Positions 24,899-34,538 of a DNA stretch of 64,000 nucleotides are shown piece by piece. Under the pieces are notes generated by a model. The model made no database searches, had not been told where the DNA came from, and saw nothing but the letters and a program-made list of their open reading frames with translations. Each line of letters opens with the position of its first letter. Position 1 is the first letter of the stretch. Source of the DNA: Escherichia phage chee24; the sequence record NC_047885.1; one strand, written 5' to 3'. Made by a program: the position numbers and the translations under genes.

Positions 24899-25738
24899 GT
24901 GAGGAATTGTACAGTGCGTAGATTAATTATTATCAGTGGTGCAGGTTTGAGTGTTGAAAGTGGTGTACGAGCCTTCCGTACTGATACTGCTAGTGGTAAA
25001 GCATTGTGGGATGATTATGACTTAGAAGAGGTATGTAATATTCATGCCTTTCGTGGTAACTTTTATCATAAAACCCATATGTTTTACAACAAGCGACGTG
25101 AAGAGCTAGAAACTGTTGAACCTAACCTTGCGCATCTTCGTATTGGTGAGTGGTATAAGAAATATCCGGGTCAAGTAGTAAATTTGACTACTAACGTTGA
25201 TGACCTTATTGAGCGTGCTGGTGTTCCCCATAATGATATTCTCCACATTCATGGATACTTAAAGGAGGTTGTTGTAGCTGATAGCTATAATAGTAGCAAT
25301 AAACGAGTTATTGATGTTGGGTATAGCTCTATTGACCCAGATGATTATAAATGGGTTAAACCTAATGTAATCTTCTTTGGTGAGCATGCTCCAGCGTACG
25401 CAGAAATGTACAATATTTTTGATGGTATTACTAGTCAAGATATGATCGTTGTAGTTGGTTGCTCTAACCAAGTAATTAATTTCTACTGGGAATTATTTCC
25501 TATTCTTAACCGTACTGCTGCGAAACTTATGGTGGTTAACTACTACGATAGTGCCCTAGCGGCAGAACCAGGCTATCAAGGTATGACTCGTAGTGATATG
25601 TACCAGTTGGAAGATCGTGGTATTCCTTACTGGAGTAAAGGTGCGGTAGATGCTTTCAGTGATCCTGGTTTTATTGCTCGTGTAGAAGCTCATCTAGAGG
25701 GTAGACCTTATATGCCGGGAAAACAAATATGTCCATAG
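24899..25738 (+). CDS. Sir2-family (sirtuin-like NAD-dependent) protein
   Basis: SGAGLSVESGVRAFR (GAGIS-like), TTNVDDL and HIHG motifs; GTG start, second GTG at 24914 also possible. Confidence 0.65.
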   Translation: MRNCTVRRLIIISGAGLSVESGVRAFRTDTASGKALWDDYDLEEVCNIHAFRGNFYHKTHMFYNKRREELETVEPNLAHLRIGEWYKKYPGQVVNLTTNVDDLIERAGVPHNDILHIHGYLKEVVVADSYNSSNKRVIDVGYSSIDPDDYKWVKPNVIFFGEHAPAYAEMYNIFDGITSQDMIVVVGCSNQVINFYWELFPILNRTAAKLMVVNYYDSALAAEPGYQGMTRSDMYQLEDRGIPYWSKGAVDAFSDPGFIARVEAHLEGRPYMPGKQICP

Positions 25739-25911
25739 TTAAATCTGTATATACACATCCCGATGATATATTTGTATGGGCGGATGGTAGTTGGTGCTAT
25801 CGATGTGAGCTATGGGAAATGGACTATAAATCCGATGACTATGGTGTCATATATGTTGATACGGTTGAGTATGATACGTTCTTAGAAAGGGACAAAAATG
25901 GAAATAAGTAA
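25729..25911 (+). CDS. small hypothetical protein (60 aa)
   Basis: ORF overlapping both neighbours' ends. Confidence 0.4.
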   Translation: MSIVKSVYTHPDDIFVWADGSWCYRCELWEMDYKSDDYGVIYVDTVEYDTFLERDKNGNK

Positions 25912-26404
25912 TACTCCAATTATTTTTCTAGATATTGATGGGGTGCTCAACTCTAGCATCTCCCATCACCATGCACCTGATGATGAGAAGATTTTCTTCG
26001 GAAGTGACTGGGTTTTTAAGCCGCTTCTCAAGGCTTTTCAGGACTTTATTCGTCCTTCTCCAATAATGATTGTTGGGGTATCTTCATGGTTCTCTGTCAG
26101 GAATGAGATGGAGAACGTTCAGATTATGACCGGATTAGATCTTATCGATCGTTTTCTTGGTACAACGGATTTTACTGGTGGTGGGCTATCTAGGGGTAAT
26201 TCTGTTCTTCGCTTCGTTGAAAAGCATAAGCTCAAACATTGGTGTGTGCTGGATGACGCTGGTGCTATGATGTATCAGTATCCAACGGTTATAGTCAACG
26301 GTAGAACTGGAATAAATCTTCAAGATTTAAGAGCTGTTAGCTATATGTTAGAATTTAGTCCAGATCTTGAAATGTGTAAAGCCCTACAACAATTTAAGGT
26401 GTAA
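25898..26404 (+). CDS. HAD-superfamily phosphatase-like protein (168 aa)
   Basis: N-terminal IFLDIDGVLN (DxDG[TV]L motif I). Confidence 0.55.
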   Translation: MEISNTPIIFLDIDGVLNSSISHHHAPDDEKIFFGSDWVFKPLLKAFQDFIRPSPIMIVGVSSWFSVRNEMENVQIMTGLDLIDRFLGTTDFTGGGLSRGNSVLRFVEKHKLKHWCVLDDAGAMMYQYPTVIVNGRTGINLQDLRAVSYMLEFSPDLEMCKALQQFKV

Positions 26405-26406
26405 AT

Positions 26407-26835
26407 ATGTTCAATAATGTATTTTCTAAAGAAGCTAACCCAATATTGGTTAATTTTTGGCGTACTCTTCCAGCCAATCTGTACAATGAGGCTATTAACT
26501 CCTTGAAAATATGGTGTGAGAATAACGAAATCTCCTTTGCTTTTAAAGATGATATTGATGAGGCTCCCTGTATTGGTTTAATTGTTCAGGTAGAGGAGGG
26601 TCTTGAAGAAATTGTCGGTTGGAAAGAGTTAGATGAAATGGGCTTAGTTTTTGCGTTAAACTATAAGCTGTTTATGCCTGCTAAGCATCGCCTCGTTGTT
26701 AACTATAAAACTAGTGAATCTCCTGGTTTTCAGGTTAATGAACGTTATGGTTGGTCTTACTCACCGGAAGAAGTAAATGAGGGGATTCAGAAACTTCGAC
26801 ATTTCGGGTATATGATCCCAGGTTTAACTGCTTAA
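26407..26835 (+). CDS. hypothetical protein, paralog A of a tandem pair (142 aa)
   Basis: Shares CIG, W..L..MGL..ALN..LF.P and G(Y/I)..PGL motifs with 26845-27237. Confidence 0.55.
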   Translation: MFNNVFSKEANPILVNFWRTLPANLYNEAINSLKIWCENNEISFAFKDDIDEAPCIGLIVQVEEGLEEIVGWKELDEMGLVFALNYKLFMPAKHRLVVNYKTSESPGFQVNERYGWSYSPEEVNEGIQKLRHFGYMIPGLTA

Positions 26836-26844
26836 GGAGGCAGA

Positions 26845-27237
26845 ATGGAACAAGTATATTGGCGTCAGATTGACCCTAGTTTGGTGAAACGTGCGGAGAA
26901 GCTGCTACAACGTTGGTTGGGGGTAAGACAAGTCTCCTTCACTTTTCCGGAGCAGCAAACGGATGATCCATGCATTGGCGTTTTCCTGTCTGGATATGCC
27001 GGGGAATGGGAATTGGATTGGAATGAATTGTCTGCTATGGGCTTGATTGTTGCCCTAAACTTCTCTTTGTTCCATCCACGTGGTTTGGCCATATGTCGTG
27101 TGCCTGATGATGGTTGTTCGCCCCATCTTTTACAGGTGGAAGATGATATTTGGGAGTACACTCCAGATATTCTCACAGAAGCTAAAGAACAATTAAATCG
27201 TGTTGGGATTTATGTTCCGGGCTTAAATGATGAATGA
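26845..27237 (+). CDS. hypothetical protein, paralog B of a tandem pair (130 aa)
   Basis: GGAGG RBS; paralogous to 26407-26835. Confidence 0.55.
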   Translation: MEQVYWRQIDPSLVKRAEKLLQRWLGVRQVSFTFPEQQTDDPCIGVFLSGYAGEWELDWNELSAMGLIVALNFSLFHPRGLAICRVPDDGCSPHLLQVEDDIWEYTPDILTEAKEQLNRVGIYVPGLNDE

Positions 27238-27260
27238 TTTTTATTAGCTGAACTCTGATT

Positions 27261-27286
27261 ACCGAGTCATTTTGGCTCGGTTTTAT
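27261..27286 (+). terminator. weak terminator-like hairpin after the paralog pair
   Basis: Stem ACCGAG/CTCGGT followed by TTTTA. Confidence 0.4.
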
Positions 27287-27328
27287 CCGTACTCAAGACC
27301 AATGATAGCACCATCCGGAAAATTTTAC

Positions 27329-27357
27329 TTGCATGATGCCCAAAATCTTGATATAAT
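27329..27357 (+). promoter_or_regulatory. sigma70-like promoter (TTGCAT-17-TATAAT)
   Basis: -35 27329-27334, -10 27352-27357. Confidence 0.55.
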
Positions 27358-27856
27358 ATTTATATTGAATTGAGAGACATTAGTAAAAATTGATTTTGCT
27401 AATTTTTCTTGTTTACAATCCGCGATACGGAACAGTTAGGCTGCCCCATTAAGGGTTGTTTTAACTGTTACGTGTTAGTTTTTAAACAAATAGTTAATAG
27501 AATACTTAGCGATCTGCGTCCCGTAGGAACCCTGGTAAGGCCTCGAAGCAACCTAGATAGAGGTGGTTGTGAAGTGAGACGGGAGGAGTGAAAAACTCCG
27601 AGACGTGATTCTGTAAGTTATATTGCATCTAGTATGAGCTAGTATATGAAGCATTAGGTGAGCAAATCTGGCTTAGCGGCCATCCTCAAGGATTTGTGCG
27701 GTATAGCAAAGCAGCAGCGCAGCGTGAAAGTGGAAGTTGCCACCCCACTTCAGTATTTGCGATTAATTTGTTGAGAAATTGACAGTAACAGTTGTTCTAT
27801 TCTTTCTGAATAGTCCTAAAGAAAACTTATTTCATTTCCAACACAGGAGTATTGTT

Positions 27857-30646
27857 GTGTTTTCAATCCTACAAGGTCATGCAGGATTTCATCGCGATTT
27901 AGCCACAGGCAATTGGCGAGAAGTTAAAGCAGAAGATTATCTTTTTGCTAAAAGATTTTCCTCAAAGCATCCTGAAGGTAAACCAGCTTCAATGCCCTTC
28001 AAGTTTGATGTAATTGACGAAGTTGATCCTCAAACCCTAGTAGAAATGCTTCCTCTTATGAGACGTTTAACGTCTGACCCTCATATCGTTGCGGTACGAG
28101 GTCGATGTCTTGCACCTAAAAATAATGTGCGACGTAAGAAGGGCAACTTTAATGTATCTAATCCAAGTCATATAATCGCAATGGATGTGGATGGTATTGT
28201 AGATACAGGAGGTTGTAACAAGTTTGATCTTGTTGGCATGGCGCGTCATATTATTAGGATGTTGAATAGTATTAGTGAGGATATGTTTCCTCTTGATGCA
28301 GGGTTTATTGCTCATGCATCATCTTCGGCTGGACTAAAACCAGGTATCCGAATGCACTTAATACTAGAATCTAATGTTAAAGTTACACAGGGCCAGATCA
28401 AGTTCTTATTTACATCTATCAACGAAAGTAGTAGACAAAAGTATGGTTTTGATATTGCCGACTTAGCTTATTACTCTTCCGTACAGCTCCACTATTTTGC
28501 AGATCCTTTATTTACTGATGGTATAGTTGATCCGTTTAAAGCGGAGAGTGCTTCACGTCTGGTATTTGTTAAAGGCTCAAAAGTAAATTTACCTAATAAT
28601 CTAGTTGACTATGAAACAACTAGAGGAGAGTTTAAAGAGGAATTCTACTCTTTACTCGATCAAATTAAAGGTAAAAAAGCTGCCTCTGATAAAGTAGAGG
28701 AAACTATCAGTGAGCTAGAAGAGGCTGATGATGGGGTATACTTACGTATTATTCCAAAGCTATATCACCGAGCGTTAGAGGATGGGGTAGATTTTGGTTG
28801 GCTAGAGAAAGAAATCCGCCCAGCTTTATCAGAATATATTGCAACTAAAGATAATAGCCGTAATATTCAGGATTATTTCAATAACGGACGGAAGCAGGCA
28901 TTAAAAGCCTTTGTGAATAACTCTAAGCGTGAGATCCCTGAAGTATTAAAAGGTATCCCCCTTAAAAAGCTAGAAACTAACTCACTAGAGACCGACAACT
29001 TCTTGAAATTAAATACTGTACCACCAGAAGGCTATATGACTTTTGTAAAAGCAAGTCTAGGTACAGGTAAAACCACGGCTGTTGTTCGTTGGCTGGATTC
29101 AGGGGTTATTAAAGGTAATTTCTTAGCAATTACCAATACTAGGGCACTAGTGTCTTCAAATGCTAAGAAATTTAGCGCAGGTCAATATGATAAATCTGTA
29201 GATATGCTCAACTTTAAACGTGGGGCTATTGATCGTATGTCCACAACCATTCACTCTTTGCATAAGTTTAAGAGTTTTATTGGTCAAATTGATGCAATCT
29301 TTATAGATGAATGTGATGCAGTAATGAATGACCTATTATTCGCCCCGGTTGTTAAGCAACGTCGCGAGTGTATTCAGGTTCTTCGAGATATTCTTGCAAC
29401 TGCAAAAATAATTATATTATCTGATGGAGATATTAGTGCAGAAACAATTGAAGCATATGGTTCTTTGATTGAGTTTGATAAACCAGTTGCATTTTACAAT
29501 CACCACCGTAAAATGTTATCAAAGGCTCATGCTTATGAGTTTCCTGATGAATCCAGTATTTGGGTTGCACTTCAAACATCACTAGAGATGGGTGAGAAAT
29601 CTATTCTAGTATCTGATTGTGGCCCTGATGAGCTGAATGAGAAGGGTATGGCACTACGTCGTAATACTGGTGCGTTAGTTAAGGAAATCCATTCAAACTC
29701 TACCTCAGATGTGGATATTCGACGTATTCTGGATTATACAACTAATGAGCTAATTGATCAACAAATTGATTGCTTATTATGTAGTCCATCCGTAACGAGT
29801 GGTGTTGACTTCAACTATTTTGATAACGTATTCGTTATTACTAGAACCAGTAATCAAGCGCCAAACATGCGTTTTCAAGCAATCAGGCGCGACCGTGGTG
29901 CTCAGAACATCTATTATTTTATTGATAAATCCACTAGTGGATTCTCCGCAGGTTCTGAACAATATAATATTGATGAAGGTTGGCTGGAGTTAGCACAGCA
30001 ATTATACGCACGTCGCAGGGAGCTGGAATCTAGAAACTATACTAGTACCTTACGTTATTACTTGCTTGATCAGGGTGCAACTATTGATATTTTCAGCGAA
30101 AGCTGGGGAACTATTGAAGGTGCTGGTAAAGAGTACACAGAAGAGCGAATCAAAGCTATTCTACATTCAACCCCGGATTATTGTGCTCCACGTCATGCGG
30201 ATGCGTATGAAGCTAAACTACTTCTTGTTCGCTATTATCATCTTGAGTCTATTAAAGATGTAACAGTTGAGCATGTTGAACAATATATCAAAGATAAACC
30301 GAATGATCGAGCTGCATTCTTCCATAAGATGCACGAGATGTTCTGGGAAGATATTAAGAAGTGTTCAAATATAACCATTAAACCATTCATAGAAGCTCTA
30401 AAAGGTAAGAAAAAGGACTTCTTCCTTAAAACAGGTCAGAGTGCTAACCCAAAATATGCTAGAATGTATCTTGGTATGATGGGTATCGGTAAGGATATGA
30501 ACACTGAAAATATCGTAGACTGGTATAGAACCTACTGCAAAATCGAGTGTATGCCAATTCCTTATAAGTTCATGACTGATGAGGAAAAACATATGCACGA
30601 TGAAGCAATGTCAGAACTAGGTGCTAGAAATGACAGTGAAGAATAA
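27857..30646 (+). CDS. large P-loop NTPase, helicase-like (about 929 aa)
   Basis: Walker A SLGTGKTT and Walker B-like IFIDECD; start set at GTG 27857 behind ACAGGAG because the track start 27779 is a TTG inside a TTGACA-like motif. Confidence 0.65.
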   Translation: MFSILQGHAGFHRDLATGNWREVKAEDYLFAKRFSSKHPEGKPASMPFKFDVIDEVDPQTLVEMLPLMRRLTSDPHIVAVRGRCLAPKNNVRRKKGNFNVSNPSHIIAMDVDGIVDTGGCNKFDLVGMARHIIRMLNSISEDMFPLDAGFIAHASSSAGLKPGIRMHLILESNVKVTQGQIKFLFTSINESSRQKYGFDIADLAYYSSVQLHYFADPLFTDGIVDPFKAESASRLVFVKGSKVNLPNNLVDYETTRGEFKEEFYSLLDQIKGKKAASDKVEETISELEEADDGVYLRIIPKLYHRALEDGVDFGWLEKEIRPALSEYIATKDNSRNIQDYFNNGRKQALKAFVNNSKREIPEVLKGIPLKKLETNSLETDNFLKLNTVPPEGYMTFVKASLGTGKTTAVVRWLDSGVIKGNFLAITNTRALVSSNAKKFSAGQYDKSVDMLNFKRGAIDRMSTTIHSLHKFKSFIGQIDAIFIDECDAVMNDLLFAPVVKQRRECIQVLRDILATAKIIILSDGDISAETIEAYGSLIEFDKPVAFYNHHRKMLSKAHAYEFPDESSIWVALQTSLEMGEKSILVSDCGPDELNEKGMALRRNTGALVKEIHSNSTSDVDIRRILDYTTNELIDQQIDCLLCSPSVTSGVDFNYFDNVFVITRTSNQAPNMRFQAIRRDRGAQNIYYFIDKSTSGFSAGSEQYNIDEGWLELAQQLYARRRELESRNYTSTLRYYLLDQGATIDIFSESWGTIEGAGKEYTEERIKAILHSTPDYCAPRHADAYEAKLLLVRYYHLESIKDVTVEHVEQYIKDKPNDRAAFFHKMHEMFWEDIKKCSNITIKPFIEALKGKKKDFFLKTGQSANPKYARMYLGMMGIGKDMNTENIVDWYRTYCKIECMPIPYKFMTDEEKHMHDEAMSELGARNDSEE

Positions 30647-30863
30647 AAAATGGGAAACAAGGAAGTTTCCAGTGAAAGAGCGTAAAGTTCCTGTTTATGA
30701 TACTTCGGAAAAGCTATGTAGGGTGGTACCACATAGATTAGCTGGTATCCCTAACATATCCGAGTGGTTACTTAAACAACGGAGGACTAACGTATCTCTT
30801 CGCATAGGGTTTGAGTTAGATAAAGTATATGCTGAACTTTCTTCTTTGCTCAAGGAATCGTAA
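30630..30863 (+). CDS. small hypothetical protein (77 aa)
   Basis: ATG behind AGGTG; overlaps the end of the NTPase gene. Confidence 0.4.
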   Translation: MTVKNKKWETRKFPVKERKVPVYDTSEKLCRVVPHRLAGIPNISEWLLKQRRTNVSLRIGFELDKVYAELSSLLKES

Positions 30864-30871
30864 AAATTTAT

Positions 30872-30900
30872 TTGCTTTCAGGAAAATTTTTCTGTATAAT
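30872..30900 (+). promoter_or_regulatory. strong early promoter matching the classic T5 P_N25 sequence from memory
   Basis: AAAAATTTATTTGCTTTCAGGAAAATTTTTCTGTATAATAGATTCATAAATTTGAGAGAGGAG; -35 30872-30877, -10 30895-30900. Confidence 0.85.
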
Positions 30901-30931
30901 AGATTCATAAATTTGAGAGAGGAGTTTAAAT

Positions 30932-31636
30932 ATGGCTGGTTCTCGCAGAAAGAAACATATCCATGAAATCCCTGATGAAGTCTTTAAAAAAGTTATAGAG
31001 CATCTGGAGAACGGTGGTACCAAGAAAGCAGCTTGTGAAATGCTCGGCGTATCATCCAATCCAACTATGGAAAGGATGATTGAAGAATGGCAAGATCGCC
31101 AAATTCAAGTTGCCGAGATGAAGAAAAAGAAACGTGGTACACTCATTGAAGGTATTGAGTTGGCCAACGTTATTGAACAGTATCTATCTGGCGATTCTTT
31201 TGAAGAGATTGCCGATCGTAATTACCGCTCTGTAGCAATGGTTAAATCTGTTCTGGAACGATATGGTGCTCTACTTCGTTTGAACGATATTGTAGACCCA
31301 TTGAATCCTCCAATTATCCCTGACGATGCTGTAGCAGAAGAATTTGAAGTTGGAGAACTAGTTTGGGTTCCTGGATACCAGTGTATCGGTGAAATCAAAA
31401 AAGCAATGGATAATCCTGTTGGTTGTTATCGAGTCTGGTTACTATCGGAAGGAAAACAACAGAACGTTCATTATATGAATTACGAGCTGGCTTCTGTTAA
31501 ACATCTGGAAAAGTTAGGGGTTGACGTAAAATCTCTGGGGTACAAGTGGACTCGTGAAGAAGTTATTACGTTGATTAATGAAGCTGTTAAGGCTGCCTTG
31601 AAACTTGATAAAGAAAAAGGAAAACGCCGTGAGTAG
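30932..31636 (+). CDS. helix-turn-helix domain protein (234 aa), putative regulator
   Basis: HTH-like GGTKKAACEMLGVS near the N-terminus; first gene behind the P_N25-like promoter. Confidence 0.6.
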   Translation: MAGSRRKKHIHEIPDEVFKKVIEHLENGGTKKAACEMLGVSSNPTMERMIEEWQDRQIQVAEMKKKKRGTLIEGIELANVIEQYLSGDSFEEIADRNYRSVAMVKSVLERYGALLRLNDIVDPLNPPIIPDDAVAEEFEVGELVWVPGYQCIGEIKKAMDNPVGCYRVWLLSEGKQQNVHYMNYELASVKHLEKLGVDVKSLGYKWTREEVITLINEAVKAALKLDKEKGKRRE

Positions 31637-31880
31637 ACTAACTGATTTACTTAAAGATGGAGAAGTAAAAACTCTGTATCGTAGAAGCTGGGATAATGAT
31701 AATAATGGCTTAGTGTTACTAACTTTAGATGCTGACTCGGATGTAGCTACTCAGCATACCTGGGTAGCCGGTAACTATCCATATAGCGAGGTTGTTTCAT
31801 TAACAGTATGCGAAGCTATTGCAGACGATTGGGAGGTTGCCAGCATCGAGGATATGCTCGCTGTTGGCCTGGTGGAGTAA
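31629..31880 (+). CDS. hypothetical protein (about 83 aa)
   Basis: Start at GTG 31629 behind AAGGAAAA; track start 31605 is a TTG. Confidence 0.4.
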   Translation: MSRLTDLLKDGEVKTLYRRSWDNDNNGLVLLTLDADSDVATQHTWVAGNYPYSEVVSLTVCEAIADDWEVASIEDMLAVGLVE

Positions 31881-31897
31881 CTACTTAAAAATTTCAG

Positions 31898-31926
31898 TTG
31901 CTTAATCCTATAATTCTTGATATAAT
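31898..31926 (+). promoter_or_regulatory. sigma70-like early promoter (TTGCTT-17-TATAAT)
   Basis: -35 31898-31903, -10 31921-31926. Confidence 0.6.
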
Positions 31927-31983
31927 ATTCTCATAGTTTGAAAGAACTATTCTGTTTAATTCTTAATTAAGGAAATATAAAAT

Positions 31984-32394
31984 ATGACTACTCCAACTCA
32001 GTGGACTGATGAACTGTTCGAAAAAATGTCTTCCGAATACGTTGCTCGTATGGAGCAATTCCCAGAGGATGAACGTCCGGGTGTTAGCATGGAAATTGTT
32101 AGCGAAATTGCCCAGGAAAACGGTGTAACTCCGAACGGTTTTCGTATGAAGCTAACTAAAGCAGGTATGTATATCAAGAAAGCTGCTGGCTCCGCTTCTA
32201 AATCTAGCGCATCTGCTGGAGAAAAAGCTTCTGGTGGTTCTCGTACTTCCAAAGCCCAAGCTCATGCCGATCTTCGTTCAGCATTCTCTGATGCTGGCCT
32301 AGCACCAGATTTTCTGGATGATGCAATTATCGACAAACTGACCGGTAAAGCGGCTGCCCATCTTGCAGAAGCAATCCGAGCTATCACTAAGTAA
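31984..32394 (+). CDS. hypothetical protein (136 aa) with Ser/Ala-rich linker
   Basis: ORF behind AAGGAAA. Confidence 0.5.
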   Translation: MTTPTQWTDELFEKMSSEYVARMEQFPEDERPGVSMEIVSEIAQENGVTPNGFRMKLTKAGMYIKKAAGSASKSSASAGEKASGGSRTSKAQAHADLRSAFSDAGLAPDFLDDAIIDKLTGKAAAHLAEAIRAITK

Positions 32395-32430
32395 TTTTTA
32401 GATAAATCCACCAACAAAAGGAACACAGTT

Positions 32431-32727
32431 ATGACCAAAGCTGAAATTATCGCACAATGTGAAAAATTTGGTGAGTTTTATCTTCATTACGAGAAACTTC
32501 GTCAGAAAGGAACCACGTACCTTCAGGGTACGATGGAATTTGATCCAGCCCAAGATAAATATCTGGCTGAGCGTATTAAACGTGAACGTATTCGTAAAGC
32601 GAAAGATGATGAAATCCTTGTCTTCTCTCGTACTAATGATAGTTTCCGTTTTATTCCTGTCGAGAAAGTCCGTCGTGTGACTAGCCTCCAATCAGAGTTA
32701 GATCGTGCTTCTCCAGTAGGCCGATAA
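32431..32727 (+). CDS. hypothetical protein (98 aa)
   Basis: ORF behind AAAGGAA. Confidence 0.5.
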   Translation: MTKAEIIAQCEKFGEFYLHYEKLRQKGTTYLQGTMEFDPAQDKYLAERIKRERIRKAKDDEILVFSRTNDSFRFIPVEKVRRVTSLQSELDRASPVGR

Positions 32728-32777
32728 GAAACCAATTAGCCCCTATATGGGGCTTTTTGTGTATTTGGGATATGTAA

Positions 32778-33086
32778 ATGAGCGAACAGGTAAATCAAAA
32801 CTATGAAGGACACGTTGATGACCAGTCCATCATACTTTGGGAGAAGGAGGGAGAACAAGTAAGATTAACAGTATCTGAATTTCGTGGGAATCTATACATG
32901 GGTATTCGTTACTGGCTTCTTGATATTAATGATGAATGGTTTCCAACGAAATCTGGCTTCTCTTTTCCTTACACCCTAGAAACAACATCACAGCTTTTCT
33001 ATGCGTTTACACAGATTCTTAGCGAATCTGAGGTTTTACATGAAGTACAGAAACGAGCTGAAGAACTCAAAGCCAAGAATGCCTAG
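32778..33086 (+). CDS. hypothetical protein (102 aa), possibly PC4-like ssDNA-binding fold
   Basis: ORF; product call rests on weak resemblance only. Confidence 0.45.
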   Translation: MSEQVNQNYEGHVDDQSIILWEKEGEQVRLTVSEFRGNLYMGIRYWLLDINDEWFPTKSGFSFPYTLETTSQLFYAFTQILSESEVLHEVQKRAEELKAKNA

Positions 33087-33104
33087 TTCTTGGCTTTTTC
33101 TTTA
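33071..33104 (+). terminator. rho-independent terminator overlapping the stop of 32778-33086
   Basis: Stem AGCCAAGAA/TTCTTGGCT followed by TTTTTCTTT. Confidence 0.6.
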
Positions 33105-33113
33105 TAAATGTAT

Positions 33114-33142
33114 TTGCTTTCAACTCAGTTTTGTTATATAAT
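33114..33142 (+). promoter_or_regulatory. sigma70-like early promoter (TTGCTT-17-TATAAT)
   Basis: -35 33114-33119, -10 33137-33142. Confidence 0.6.
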
Positions 33143-33171
33143 ATTTATATAAATTAATGAGAGGATCAATC

Positions 33172-33372
33172 ATGGCAATGACAATAACACTTCCCAAGAT
33201 TCAAGCAAAACTTAATCTACTTTCCACAGCACGCATTAATTATCAAGATAGCATAGGCACAGTAAATCAAAAGGTGTACAAAGATGCGTTCCTGAAAGAA
33301 TCTGCTGATTTGATGGATATGGTTACACAATATAATAAAGAACTCAAGATGGAAATCGCCGATGATGAATAA
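33172..33372 (+). CDS. small hypothetical protein (66 aa)
   Basis: ATG behind GAGAGGA; track start 33157 lies in the leader. Confidence 0.4.
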   Translation: MAMTITLPKIQAKLNLLSTARINYQDSIGTVNQKVYKDAFLKESADLMDMVTQYNKELKMEIADDE

Positions 33373-34336
33373 TGTAAAAGGCTTTATTAAGCGTTGTCAA
33401 GAAGCATATTATCAGGGTATGTCTTTAATCTCTGATGAGGAGTATGATTGCCTGGTAAAACGCTTCCCGTTAGAAGAAGAGATCGGGCCTAAGGGTGATA
33501 TTCCACATCTGTATCGTATGTATTCTTTACAGAAAGTTTATTATAATCGTGGAGATAAACCCCCGTTTAACCCGTTAGGTCAAGTAGAAACTGATAAGTT
33601 AGATGGTTGTGCAATTTCTCTGCTATATATTAATGGCGAATTTGTTCAAGCACTAACTCGTGGTAACGGTATTCTGGGAAATGATGTCACAAGCAACGTA
33701 AGATTGCTGAACATCCCTAAAAAGATTTCCCAAAAAGTACCTACTCAAATCACTGGTGAAGTTCTAATTACAAAAGAAGTAGAAAATAAACGTAATTTTG
33801 CCTCTGGCGCTATTAACCTCAAAGATAGTGATGATTTCGTACAACGCATTGGAGAAGGCGGTTTAATCTTTGTTGCTTACGGTATCCAATGTTCTGCTGA
33901 ATCTGTAGGTATTACAGAAGCATATTTAAAAGATATGCTTTGGCTAGAGAATGAGAACTTCTTAACAGTTGTTAATGTGCGTTCCTTTTTTAAATGGATT
34001 CCGACGGACGGTAAAGTTGTTCGTATTAATGACAACAACAAATTCTTCCGTGAAGGCTGGACTAATAAATTCCCTCGTGGAGCATTCGCCATTAAAGAGG
34101 ATGAAGAAGGCGAGATTACAACTCTTACTAAAGTTGAATGGCAGGTAGGGGCTTCTGGTAAAGTAACTCCAGTCGGTTATTTTGAACCAGTAATTATTGA
34201 TGATGCTACAATTGTTAAAGCGACTCTTAATAACGTTGATTATATTAACTCTCTTGATCTAGAGATCGGTTGCCAGATTCGAGTGATTCGTGCTGGTGGT
34301 GTAATCCCGTGCATAGTAGAGCGAGTATACGATTAA
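33362..34336 (+). CDS. NAD-dependent DNA ligase, N-terminal part (adenylation domain with KxDG)
   Basis: Active-site KLDG motif; ORF ends before any zinc-finger/HhH/BRCT region. Confidence 0.75.
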   Translation: MMNNVKGFIKRCQEAYYQGMSLISDEEYDCLVKRFPLEEEIGPKGDIPHLYRMYSLQKVYYNRGDKPPFNPLGQVETDKLDGCAISLLYINGEFVQALTRGNGILGNDVTSNVRLLNIPKKISQKVPTQITGEVLITKEVENKRNFASGAINLKDSDDFVQRIGEGGLIFVAYGIQCSAESVGITEAYLKDMLWLENENFLTVVNVRSFFKWIPTDGKVVRINDNNKFFREGWTNKFPRGAFAIKEDEEGEITTLTKVEWQVGASGKVTPVGYFEPVIIDDATIVKATLNNVDYINSLDLEIGCQIRVIRAGGVIPCIVERVYD

Positions 34337-34479
34337 TACATAACCCTTTGCTACCCATCTACCATATCGGAATTATAAAGTGGTTATTGACATTTCCGCC
34401 GCTTAGGTATATACTATTATCATTCAGTTGAGGGATAGAAAGTTATGGCGAGGGTAAGCAAAGTTAGTTAAAATTGTAG

Positions 34480-34508
34480 TTGCTAAATGCTTAAATACTT
34501 GCTATAAT
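34480..34508 (+). promoter_or_regulatory. sigma70-like promoter (TTGCTA-17-TATAAT) between the two ligase ORFs
   Basis: -35 34480-34485, -10 34503-34508. Confidence 0.6.
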
Positions 34509-34538
34509 ATTTATATAAATTGATAAGGAAGAAATTTG

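Noticed and set aside
27409-27591. 60-aa ORF in the long leader upstream of the NTPase gene
   Set aside because: Starts at a TTG with no Shine-Dalgarno; more likely part of a structured untranslated region. Not fully excluded.
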